Part shown: in pieces, positions 16,407-25,022 of the stretch
Position numbering within the stretch: position 1 is the first letter of the stretch
Layout of the letters: every line of letters starts with the position of its first letter
Assembly: GCA_000025185.1 (NCBI GenBank)
Contig: CP001848.1
Location: 3,120,001-3,152,000, forward strand
Direction: 5' to 3'
Source: Pirellula staleyi DSM 6068
GTDB lineage: Bacteria; Planctomycetota; Planctomycetia; Pirellulales; Pirellulaceae
Length of the DNA: 32,000 nucleotides
Translations under genes and position numbers: made by a program
The notes under the pieces: model-generated
Told to the model about the DNA's origin: nothing
What the model saw: only the letters and a program-made list of their open reading frames with translations
The model's database searches: none

Positions 16407-17423
16407 ATGAACCACCAGCGTGCAACCACCGAGACGTTTCGACCCACGGCGTCGACGGAGATGATCGCCCGCCGATCGCAGCTGCTGCGTACGATTCGCG
16501 ACTTCTTTCACACTCGCGACTTTCTGGAAGTCGAAACGCCGCTCCTCTCGCGCGATAGTGTGATCGACCTGCATCTCGATCCGCTTCCGGTCACCCTGTT
16601 CAAAGATCCTGTCGCCTACAAAGCGGGGCCGACCTACTGGCTGCAAACCTCTCCCGAGTTTGGCATGAAGCGATTGCTGGTGACCGGCATTCCAGCAATT
16701 TATCAAATCACGCGAGCGTTCCGAGGAGGAGAAACCGGCCCGCTTCACAATCCCGAGTTCACCATGCTCGAGTGGTATCGCGTCGGTGACAACTACGCGC
16801 AAGGGATGTCGCTACTGGCCGACTTTGCACAGCAGGTGATCGCGCGGGGCGAGCCGGTGGTGATGACTTTTGACGAAGCGTTTGTAAAGTACGCTGGCCT
16901 CAGCGCGCTCTCCGCGACATCGCTGGAACTCTCGCACAAAGTGCTTGAAATTCCGCAAATCGCGGGACTTCTCGACGGCGAGGAGGTGGAGTCGAGTTTT
17001 GATCGCGATTTCCTCATCGACCTGCTCTTAACCCAGCTTGTCCAGCCCCAACTGGGGACTGCAGCACCCGTGATTCTGTGCGATTTTCCAGCGACACAAT
17101 CGGCCTTGGCCCGCGTTCGTGAGACATCGCCACCGGTGGCTGAGCGTTTTGAGCTTTACGTCGATGGTATCGAACTGGCCAACGGCTATCACGAACTACT
17201 CGATGCCGAGGTCCTTCAAAAACGAAATGCGATTGCTCAATCGCAGCGCAAGAGCGAAGGGAAATACGCTCCCCCCATGGAAAGCGAACTTCTGCGGGCA
17301 ATGCAGGCCAGCGCACTTCCAGCTTGTAGTGGAACCGCCGTGGGAGTCGACCGCTTGCTGATGGTCATCTCCCAGGCTCGGTCGATCGATGAAGTGATTA
17401 CTTTTCCGATCGACCGAGCCTGA
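16407..17423 (+). CDS. epmA: EF-P-lysine lysyltransferase EpmA (PoxA/GenX, class II LysRS paralog)
   Basis: Class II aaRS core without an anticodon-binding domain: FLEVETPLL, FRGGETGPLHNPEFTMLEWY, GTAVGVDRLLMV. Start at ATG 16407. The track start at 16377 lies in the terminator T-run. Confidence 0.9.
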   Translation: MNHQRATTETFRPTASTEMIARRSQLLRTIRDFFHTRDFLEVETPLLSRDSVIDLHLDPLPVTLFKDPVAYKAGPTYWLQTSPEFGMKRLLVTGIPAIYQITRAFRGGETGPLHNPEFTMLEWYRVGDNYAQGMSLLADFAQQVIARGEPVVMTFDEAFVKYAGLSALSATSLELSHKVLEIPQIAGLLDGEEVESSFDRDFLIDLLLTQLVQPQLGTAAPVILCDFPATQSALARVRETSPPVAERFELYVDGIELANGYHELLDAEVLQKRNAIAQSQRKSEGKYAPPMESELLRAMQASALPACSGTAVGVDRLLMVISQARSIDEVITFPIDRA

Positions 17424-17462
17424 TCAAGGTTGGTGTGCGACGAACGTTTGTCGATGGTGATT

Positions 17463-17960
17463 TCAAGTCCCTGATTCGGCACGAATGGTCTTCAGACCTT
17501 CATGCACCGAGAGCATGGGAGAGCGTGTCACCGAGATAAATCGACCACCGTTGTCGTACAAACCTTGTCCTTTGAAGCGGCACCAGGTGAGGTCCATCAG
17601 AAGTCCCAGCCAATCCCCTTCGCACAAAGCGAGCGAAGCAATCACGCGGCGATGCGCAATTGGCTCGCGATGGTAGAAGTCGAGGCCATGTTCGGAGAGG
17701 TGTTTGCCGAGCACGGAAACCGTCTCATTCGCAAGGGGAACCAAGTCTCGATCTACAGGGGTGATGTAGATCGGATAGGGGTATGGATAGCGCGGCTCGC
17801 GACGGCGCTCGATGTTCGTCCGACTTCCCGTTTGCTTGGCAGCCAGCGCCACGCGAATACTCGACCCGACAGGATCGGGATGACCCATCGCCGACGCTGC
17901 TACTTGAGAGAGGGAGGGAGGGACGATGCTCGCAAGCACTTCCAGAGCCGAGGGACACAT
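17463..17960 (-). CDS. PilZ-like domain protein (degenerate c-di-GMP motifs); start uncertain
   Basis: The C-terminal ~110 aa look like PilZ: RRREPR (RxxxR) followed 30 residues later by HLSEHG, in place of the D/N-x-S-x-x-G motif, then WCRF...GGRF. In-frame starts are at 18098, 17960 (preceded by AAGGAAA) and 17888. The N-terminal part of the long ORF looks non-coding. Confidence 0.5.
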   Translation of the reverse strand: MCPSALEVLASIVPPSLSQVAASAMGHPDPVGSSIRVALAAKQTGSRTNIERRREPRYPYPYPIYITPVDRDLVPLANETVSVLGKHLSEHGLDFYHREPIAHRRVIASLALCEGDWLGLLMDLTWCRFKGQGLYDNGGRFISVTRSPMLSVHEGLKTIRAESGT

Positions 17961-18437
17961 GCAAATTTCCTTCTGAAGCGATGCGAGGCCCGTGCGCCCC
18001 ATCGGCTTCTTGGCGAGTGCAGTGCTGACCATGTCGCCCGCGCAGCAAGGTGATCGCAGCGCGAGTAATGGAGGGTGTATAACTTTCCAGGACGACATCA
18101 GGCTGCTTTGTGCACCATGTGCGCAGGGTAGCGTGAAATCGTCCTCTCAAAATGGAACATCAGGCCAGCAGTGGGCAGAGATAACTGCAGGCGGGAGTAT
18201 CGAAATAGCAGAAGCGAAAAGAGCGGCGATCGAGGGCAGAGAACAAATGCCGCTAAGAAGATATCTACGACGATTTGCCCCCGGAGTCAAAGAAACTCCA
18301 TGAAGAAAAGTGTGGGCTGCGGCAACTCGCGAATCGCTCGGCCCCTAAGCTCGTTACGCCTGTTGCAGTTTCGCAACAAGCGTCGCGTTTACCTATAAAT
18401 TGTCGCTTTTTTACACACCCAAGAGAGCGGCGGGTGA

Positions 18438-19205
18438 CTAGCGCTCGGGAGCGTTCTTCGGCCAAATCTTCAGCACGACACTGTTATTCGGCGTTCCTGC
18501 CAAAGGATACTCAGCCGCCACTTTCACCTGCAGTTCGCGGAGCAATCCACGTCGCGAGGCTTCGGCTTGCTCTTCCTTCCATTTCGGTCCCTTCACAACG
18601 AGCAGTCGACGAATCGAAGCCCAGTAGGGCTTGAACCACGTGAGTAGCCGATCGAGTGGCCCCACCGCGCGAATGGTGAGGGCATCGAACCGATTCTCAT
18701 CGAGCAGATCTTCGCTCCGGAAGTTCAGCGCGGCACATTCGAGACCGAGTTTCTCGACCATGTCGCGGAGCACGTTCACTTTTTTGCCCGTGTTGTCCGA
18801 GAGGGTCATTTGCAAATCAGGACGCACAATCGCCAGTGTGATACCTGGCACACCGCCGCCACTTCCGACGTCGAGCACTTCTTCGCTTTCACGTAAGAGT
18901 TTGGCCAGATGCATCGTGTCGACCACGTCGCGGCTGACAAAACGCTCGTAGTCGGTGTGACGTGTCAGATTGATCTTCTCGTTCCATTCCCACAGCAGTT
19001 TGCAGTAGAGGTCGAGTTTATCGATCGTCGCATCGGGAAGTTGAATCGAATGCCGCGCCAGTGCGTCGCGCATCGTATCGTTCGGGAAGGCGGGTGGTTT
19101 CGATTCAATCTCGTCAGACACAGAGGTTCTCAATTCGGTTGATGTCAGGGACAAATGGGAGTGGGGTCTTTGGTCAGGCTCCTGCCTAACCGAGACTGAT
19201 TTCAT
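18438..19205 (-). CDS. rsmG: 16S rRNA (guanine527-N7)-methyltransferase RsmG (GidB)
   Basis: LLWEWNEKINLT and the SAM motif VLDVGSGGGVPGI. The ATG at 19205 overlaps the upstream stop (TAATG). An internal ATG at 19073 would give the usual ~211 aa length. Confidence 0.85.
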   Translation of the reverse strand: MKSVSVRQEPDQRPHSHLSLTSTELRTSVSDEIESKPPAFPNDTMRDALARHSIQLPDATIDKLDLYCKLLWEWNEKINLTRHTDYERFVSRDVVDTMHLAKLLRESEEVLDVGSGGGVPGITLAIVRPDLQMTLSDNTGKKVNVLRDMVEKLGLECAALNFRSEDLLDENRFDALTIRAVGPLDRLLTWFKPYWASIRRLLVVKGPKWKEEQAEASRRGLLRELQVKVAAEYPLAGTPNNSVVLKIWPKNAPER

Positions 19206-20176
19206 TAGACAGAAAACGCTTCACGCAGGAGCGCAAGGCTCTTGGGAATCGCTTCCATCGGGGGTGCTTTTCCTTCAAACTCGAGCGAGACAAAACCCTT
19301 GTAGCCCGCGTCGCGGAAAATCTTGGCGATCCGTTTGTAATCGAGGTCGAGCGTATACCACAGTCCGCCACCGTAGTAGGTTTTGGCCTGAACCAGAATC
19401 GTGCGGGGGGCCATCAGCGCTAAGCGATCGTAAGGATCTTCGAGGAAGTTGCCGGTATCGGAAGTGACTTCGAGCCACGGGTGGTTCACTTCTTTCACCA
19501 CGCGAAGCACACCTTCAGCGGTGCGGCCGAGTCCCCAGTGGTTTTCGAGTCCCAGCAGCACGCCACACTTTTCAGCGGTTGGCAGGCACTTCTCGAGACT
19601 CTCTTTCACCCAGCCAAACCCATCCTCGTCGGTGAATCCTGGTTTGGGTTCTTCGATTCCCCGCTTAGCCATCAGGTCGTCGAAGTCTTTGCTGGTGCCC
19701 CAGGTGCCGGTGTTCACACGCATCGTGGGAATGCCGAGTGCATAAGCCAGTTCGATGCAGTGAATCGTATGGTCGATGTTCTTCTGACGGATTGCTGGAT
19801 TGGGCGAGAGAAAACCTTGATGCGTGCTGAAGCCCGACAATGCAACGCCGTTGGTGAAGGCGGCCCGCTTCAGTTTTTGCAGATAGCCAGGATCTTCGCT
19901 CGTCATTTGGCGGTGCAGGATCTCGACCCCGTCGAAGCCCCAATCAGCTGCCATCGAAATGCACTTTTCCACATCGCGCAGCTCTTCGTGCTGGAATTGC
20001 CAAAACGAATAGGTGCTGACTGCGATCGGGTTAGGTTTCAACGTTGGCTTCATCGCTGGTTTCTCGGTCGGCTGGAGAGCCTCGCCTGGTTTCGATTCGT
20101 CAGCTGAGGCCTGGAATGCAGAGACCATGGCTGCCGATGCTGCGAGCGAACTGGCCAAAAAATTTCGACGGTCCAT
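19205..20176 (-). CDS. Sugar phosphate isomerase/epimerase (xylose isomerase-like TIM barrel) with Tat signal
   Basis: 323 aa. Twin-arginine signal MDRRNFLASSLAASAAMVSAFQASA, then an AP-endonuclease-2/xylose-isomerase-fold pattern (GFDGVEI..., LGLENHWG). Confidence 0.85.
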   Translation of the reverse strand: MDRRNFLASSLAASAAMVSAFQASADESKPGEALQPTEKPAMKPTLKPNPIAVSTYSFWQFQHEELRDVEKCISMAADWGFDGVEILHRQMTSEDPGYLQKLKRAAFTNGVALSGFSTHQGFLSPNPAIRQKNIDHTIHCIELAYALGIPTMRVNTGTWGTSKDFDDLMAKRGIEEPKPGFTDEDGFGWVKESLEKCLPTAEKCGVLLGLENHWGLGRTAEGVLRVVKEVNHPWLEVTSDTGNFLEDPYDRLALMAPRTILVQAKTYYGGGLWYTLDLDYKRIAKIFRDAGYKGFVSLEFEGKAPPMEAIPKSLALLREAFSV

Positions 20177-20246
20177 GACACTTTCCTAGGCTGGTGCTTG
20201 ATCTCGAATAAACGGGGAGAGGAAAGTTGTCCGCTGCTTGGATTGA

Positions 20247-21530
20247 TTACTGGCGAGGCTGAATCAGGTCTTTGCCGACCCACAGCCGCAGTGGCTCGGG
20301 AACCACAATGCTGCCATCGGCCTGCTGGTAGTTCTCGAGCACCGCGATCAGCGCGCGGCTGATGGCAATGGCTGTTCCGTTCAAAGTATGAACGAGGTGC
20401 GTCCCCTTTTCACCCTTAATTCGATAGCGAATGTTCAGTCGACGCGATTGATAGTCGGTGCAGTTGCTGGTGCTGGTCACTTCGCCATACTCGCCAGCGG
20501 TGCCGCGCCCCGGCATCCAAGCTTCCAAGTCGTACTTGCGGTAGGCAGGTCCACCCAGATCGCCCGAAGCGGTGTCGATCACGCGGTAGGGAATCCCCAA
20601 ACCATCGAACAGCTCGCATTCGATTTCGAGCAGTTCTTCGTGCATCGCGTCGCTTTGGTCGGGAAGCGTGAACGCAAACATTTCGACCTTGGTGAACTGA
20701 TGCACGCGATAGATGCCGCGCGATGCTTTGCCAGCCGCTCCTGCTTCGGTCCGGAAGCAGTGCGAAATACCGGCGAGCTTGATCGGAAGCTGTTCGAGGT
20801 CGACCGTCTGATCGGCATACATGCCGCCGAGTGTGATTTCGGCCGTACCGACGAGGCTGAGATCGGAGTTCTCGATGCTATAGATCTGCGTTTCAGGACC
20901 GCGGGGATTAAAACCAATCCCCACGAGAATCTCTTCACGAGCTAAGTCGGGGGTCGTGGTGGGGGTAAATCCGCGGCGCATCAGAATTTCGAGAGCATAG
21001 CGCTCGAGCGCCAGTTCGAGCAGCACCCCTTCGTTCTTCAGGAAGTAGAAACCGTGACCTGCCACACGGGCACCGCTATCGAAGTCGATCAGCTGGCACT
21101 TCTCCGACAACTCCACATGATCGCGAGCCTTGAAGCCCAGTGGGCGAATGGGCGTAACGCCGAGCTTCACATCGCGAGCATCAGCTTCACCACCCACCGG
21201 GGCATCGGGGTGTGTGAGGTTGGGAATCGTTATCTGAATCGCATGGATTTGTGTTTCCAAGCGATCGAGTTCAGCCTGGGCGGCATCCTTCTGATCGCGA
21301 AGTCGGCGACCATCTTCTTTGCGCTGCTCTCGCTCCTCGGCATCTTTCGCTTTGCCAATGCTCTTGGCCACTTCATTCGCCTGGCGATTAAGTTCCTGCA
21401 CTTGGCTGGCGATATCGCGGCGGCGGGTCTCGAGATCCACGAGCCGATCGACCTCGCAAGTGACTCCGCGGCTGGTGCAGTTCTGCTGAATGAGCGAAAC
21501 GTTATCGACAATGAATTTGCGGTCGAGCAT
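20247..21530 (-). CDS. serS: Seryl-tRNA synthetase
   Basis: 427 aa. N-terminal coiled-coil arm, class II motifs HCFRTEAGAAGKASRGIYRVHQFTKVEMF and LNGTAIAISRALIAVLENYQ. Confidence 0.95.
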   Translation of the reverse strand: MLDRKFIVDNVSLIQQNCTSRGVTCEVDRLVDLETRRRDIASQVQELNRQANEVAKSIGKAKDAEEREQRKEDGRRLRDQKDAAQAELDRLETQIHAIQITIPNLTHPDAPVGGEADARDVKLGVTPIRPLGFKARDHVELSEKCQLIDFDSGARVAGHGFYFLKNEGVLLELALERYALEILMRRGFTPTTTPDLAREEILVGIGFNPRGPETQIYSIENSDLSLVGTAEITLGGMYADQTVDLEQLPIKLAGISHCFRTEAGAAGKASRGIYRVHQFTKVEMFAFTLPDQSDAMHEELLEIECELFDGLGIPYRVIDTASGDLGGPAYRKYDLEAWMPGRGTAGEYGEVTSTSNCTDYQSRRLNIRYRIKGEKGTHLVHTLNGTAIAISRALIAVLENYQQADGSIVVPEPLRLWVGKDLIQPRQ

Positions 21531-21628
21531 GGCAGAAGTAGATCGGACTTAGGTTGAAGTGGGGTGCTGCTACAAAAACAGTGTGTGGGTGGACGGAACA
21601 ATCGGGGCGGCTGTTGCCGCATAACGCG

Positions 21629-22999
21629 TTACAAGCTGGCGAGTTCGTTCCACAGGTGCGAACTGGCCAAGATGCCCCGATGGAAATCGGCCAGGCAGAA
21701 CTTTTCGTTCGGGCTGTGGGTGTTATCGTCGTCGAGTCCCCAGCCTAAGAGAAGCGTATCGGCCCCCAGCAGCTGAGCAAATCGGGTAACGATCGGAATC
21801 GAGCCCCCTTCGCGGATGAAAACGGGCGGAGTCCCAAATCCGTGCTCGATCGCTTTCGCGGCAGCGGCAACAAAGGGGCTTTCGAGCGACGTGACGCAGC
21901 CGGGGGCTCCGTGCATGTCGACCAGTTCCATCTGAATGCCAGCGGGGCACTTGCTTTTCAGGAATGCTTCAAGAGCAGGGGTGATTTTCGTTGGATCTTG
22001 GTTGGGGACGAGGCGGAAGCTGAATTTGGCACTCGCTTTCGCAGGAAGCACCGTTTTGGCACCTTCTCCCTGATAGCCACTCGTCAGCCCGTTGATGTCG
22101 AAACTGGGGCGACACCAGCGTCGTTCGAGCGTGGTGTACCCCTCTTCGCCCGAGAGTGCTGCGACCCCCAGCTGTTTGGCAAAGGCCGCTTCGCTGAACG
22201 GGAGTTTGGCGAGTTCGTCGCGCTCGCGCTCGGTGACCGGAAGGACGTCGTCGTAGAAGCCCGGCACCTGCACGCGGCCGCTTTCGTCGGTCAGAGCGTT
22301 CATCATGAAGGCGAGCGCTTTGGCGGGATTGGTCACGCCACCCCCAAAGGTGCCGCTATGCAAATCCTGTTTTGGACCTTGCAATTTGAGTTCGTAGTAG
22401 GCAATCCCTCGGAGGCCGTAGGTAATCGCCGGGCGGCCAGGGCCAAATTGCGACGTATCGCTGATCACCACCACGTCGGCAGCCAGTTTTTCCTTAACGC
22501 CGGGCTTGGTCAGGTAGTCGTAAATCCCTTCGCTGCCGCACTCTTCTTCCCCTTCGATCAGAAATTTGATCTGAATGGGAAGCTGGCCGACCGTCTTCAG
22601 CCACGACATCGTCGAGAGCAGGTGGGTGATCATCTGCCCTTTATCGTCGGTAGCTCCGCGAGCGTAGATGTTGCCATTGCGTTTGGTTGGCTCGAATGGG
22701 GGGCTGGTCCATTCCGCCAGTGGATCGGGTGGTTGGACGTCGTAGTGCCCGTAAACCAGCACGACGGGCTTACCTGGCACCGGTGGCGACTCGGCGTACA
22801 CCAGCGGCTGACCAATCGTGGGGATTGTTTCCGTTGCCAGGCCCATCGACCGGAAGAGGTCGGCCACCCAGTCGGCAGCGCGGCGCACTTCGCCGTGGTA
22901 CTTCGAATCCGCGCTCACGCTGGCAATGCGCAGCAGTTCACAAAGTTTGTCTTCAAAAGCATTTGCGTTATCGAGCACAAACCGGGCTACTTGGTCCAT
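21629..22999 (-). CDS. M20 family metallopeptidase / dipeptidase
   Basis: 456 aa. Motifs VLVYGHYDVQP, ARGATDDKGQ and FLIEGEEECGS (metal ligands and catalytic Glu of M20). Confidence 0.9.
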   Translation of the reverse strand: MDQVARFVLDNANAFEDKLCELLRIASVSADSKYHGEVRRAADWVADLFRSMGLATETIPTIGQPLVYAESPPVPGKPVVLVYGHYDVQPPDPLAEWTSPPFEPTKRNGNIYARGATDDKGQMITHLLSTMSWLKTVGQLPIQIKFLIEGEEECGSEGIYDYLTKPGVKEKLAADVVVISDTSQFGPGRPAITYGLRGIAYYELKLQGPKQDLHSGTFGGGVTNPAKALAFMMNALTDESGRVQVPGFYDDVLPVTERERDELAKLPFSEAAFAKQLGVAALSGEEGYTTLERRWCRPSFDINGLTSGYQGEGAKTVLPAKASAKFSFRLVPNQDPTKITPALEAFLKSKCPAGIQMELVDMHGAPGCVTSLESPFVAAAAKAIEHGFGTPPVFIREGGSIPIVTRFAQLLGADTLLLGWGLDDDNTHSPNEKFCLADFHRGILASSHLWNELASL

Positions 23000-23130
23000 C
23001 CGTCCCTATCCTTGCCGTTTGCCGCGATCGGTTTTCGTAAACTCTGGCGGCCATTTGCTGTAGAATCGAGCTTCGCGTCATCCCTGCGAACTTCGAAACG
23101 CCCCGCGGTGTCACCCCGACAGGGAAACAC

Positions 23131-23160
23131 TTGGCGAATCGATTGGCCCGCCAATATAAT
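23131..23160 (+). promoter_or_regulatory. Candidate sigma-70 promoter for clpS
   Basis: TTGGCG (23131-23136), 18-nt spacer, TATAAT (23155-23160), about 75 bp upstream of the clpS start. Confidence 0.4.
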
Positions 23161-23168
23161 GCGGGGGT

Positions 23169-23187
23169 GCGGAATGGACCATTCCGC
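23169..23187. promoter_or_regulatory. Perfect 19-bp palindrome at the predicted clpS transcription start (operator or 5' stem-loop)
   Basis: GCGGAATGG-A-CCATTCCGC, with all 9 pairs verified by hand. It begins 9 nt after the TATAAT hexamer. Confidence 0.4.
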
Positions 23188-23234
23188 TTGTGCCTCTCCA
23201 GGCTGACGCCTGTTTGCACCAAAGATAGTTTGGA

Positions 23235-23600
23235 GTGAGTCACGTGTCGGAAGAACAACGTCAATCAGCAGTCGCCGAACCGGAAGTCGTCGAAGCCAAG
23301 CCAGTTCAAAAGAAGAAACCGAAGCGGCAGCCCCGCTATCATGTGATTCTTTGGAACGATGACGACCATACGTTCGACTACGTCATCCGCATGATGAAAG
23401 AGCTGTTCGGTCACCCCGAAGTGAAGGGGAAGCAGATCGCCGATGAAGTGAACGAAAAAGGAAAAGCGATCTGCCTCACTACCACCCTCGAGCATGCCGA
23501 ACTTAAGCGGGATCAAATTCACGCCTTCGGTGCCGATAAGCTGAGCCAAAAAAGCAAAGGCTCGATGTCGGCTTCGATCGAGGCGGAGATCACCGGGTAG
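23235..23600 (+). CDS. clpS: ATP-dependent Clp protease adaptor ClpS
   Basis: Core YHVILWNDDDHTFDYVIRMMKELFGH...AICLTTTLEHAE after a Lys-rich N-terminal extension. GTG start at 23235 or 23244. Confidence 0.9.
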   Translation: MSHVSEEQRQSAVAEPEVVEAKPVQKKKPKRQPRYHVILWNDDDHTFDYVIRMMKELFGHPEVKGKQIADEVNEKGKAICLTTTLEHAELKRDQIHAFGADKLSQKSKGSMSASIEAEITG

Positions 23601-23687
23601 GTTGCCTTGTGTGTTCGGGCAATTCGCGCGACGTAGTTTTTTGTCCCCGTTTTTTGTGCTCGCTATCTGTGTCGCCCGAAGTTGCTC

Positions 23688-24995
23688 ATGACCGCCTCGC
23701 TACGCACCGTCACACTCGGCTGTAAAGTCAATCAGTACGAAACCGAACTCGTCCGCGAAGGGCTGGTTCGGTTCGGCTACCACGACGCTGTGGAGGACGA
23801 ACAAGCCCAGCTTTGCGTCGTAAACACCTGCACTGTCACAAGCGACGGCGATAGCAAAAGCCGCTACACCATTCGCAAACTCGCGCGAGAAAATCCCGAC
23901 AGCCGCATTGTGGTGATGGGCTGCTATGCCACACGAGCACCCGACGAGCTGCTGAAGCTCCCCAACGTCGTTGAGGTGGTGACCGACAAGCGCGAGCTTC
24001 CCGATGTACTGCAGCGCTACGGCGTGATCGACCTGCCAAGCGGCATTTCGCGTTTTGGCACGCGGCACAGGGCGTATGTGAAAGTGCAAGATGGCTGTTT
24101 GCTGCGCTGCAGCTACTGCATCATCCCCCAGGTCCGGCCCCACGTCTCGAGTCGACCACTGCAGCACATTGTCGAAGAGGTCCAGCGCCTAGTTGCCAAC
24201 GGCTATCGCGAAGTCGTTCTCACCGGCGTTCATCTGGGGCATTATGGGGTCGAAAGCAATTGGAATAAGCCCAAAGAAGCGTGGCTGCGGCTGTCGACGC
24301 TCCTCCGCGAACTCGTGAAGTTGCCGGGCGATTTTCGCCTGCGACTTTCGAGCATCGAGGCGACTGAGGTGACCCGCGAACTGATCAGCGTGATGGCCGA
24401 CAATCGTCAGCGAATCGCGCCGCACTTGCATCTCTGTTTGCAGAGTGGCAGCGACAGTGTGCTGCGCCGGATGCGTCGTCGGTGGTCGAGTCGCATGTTC
24501 ATCGATCGCTGTCAAATGCTCCGCGACGCGCTCGATGCACCAGCAATCACCACCGACATCATCGTGGGCTTTCCAGGCGAGACCGAAGCCGAGTTCGAGG
24601 CCACACTCGAGACCGCCCGCGCGAGTGCCTTCTCGAAGATTCACATCTTCCCCTACAGTGCACGCAAGGGAACTCCTGCTGCGGAAATGCCGGGGCAAAT
24701 CTCGTTTGAAGTGAAGACCGAGCGAAGCGCGCGACTTGCTGAGCTCGAAAAGCAAATGCAGCGTGAGTATCTGGCATCGCTCGTCGGTAAACCGCTGGAG
24801 CTGTTGGTGGAAGGTGAAATCGACGCGCCGCCGCTCGACGCCTCAATCGCTCCGCTGGCAACTTCATCAGCCCGGATGCAACTCGGCACCACCTGCCGCT
24901 ATGTGCCGCTCGAACTACGCTCGAATCTCGCTGGCGATGGCGACCTCACGATCGTCACCCCCACCGCCGTGGCTGGCGATCGGCTGATTGCTTAG
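23688..24995 (+). CDS. mtaB: tRNA (N6-threonylcarbamoyladenosine-C2)-methylthiotransferase MtaB (MiaB-like radical SAM)
   Basis: MTTase N-domain Cys residues (TLGCKVNQYE, NTCTVT, GCYA), radical-SAM CLLRCSYCIIP and a C-terminal TRAM-like region. ATG 23688; TTG 23682 is the alternative. Confidence 0.85.
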   Translation: MTASLRTVTLGCKVNQYETELVREGLVRFGYHDAVEDEQAQLCVVNTCTVTSDGDSKSRYTIRKLARENPDSRIVVMGCYATRAPDELLKLPNVVEVVTDKRELPDVLQRYGVIDLPSGISRFGTRHRAYVKVQDGCLLRCSYCIIPQVRPHVSSRPLQHIVEEVQRLVANGYREVVLTGVHLGHYGVESNWNKPKEAWLRLSTLLRELVKLPGDFRLRLSSIEATEVTRELISVMADNRQRIAPHLHLCLQSGSDSVLRRMRRRWSSRMFIDRCQMLRDALDAPAITTDIIVGFPGETEAEFEATLETARASAFSKIHIFPYSARKGTPAAEMPGQISFEVKTERSARLAELEKQMQREYLASLVGKPLELLVEGEIDAPPLDASIAPLATSSARMQLGTTCRYVPLELRSNLAGDGDLTIVTPTAVAGDRLIA

Positions 24996-25022
24996 CGAAA
25001 GCAATCCGCTAGTTTTCCCGCG

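Noticed and set aside
18438-19205. rsmG (gidB) as a marker for a nearby replication origin.
   Set aside because: There is no dnaA, dnaN, parAB or mnmG in the window. I could not find TTATCCACA-like DnaA boxes in the flanking intergenic regions.
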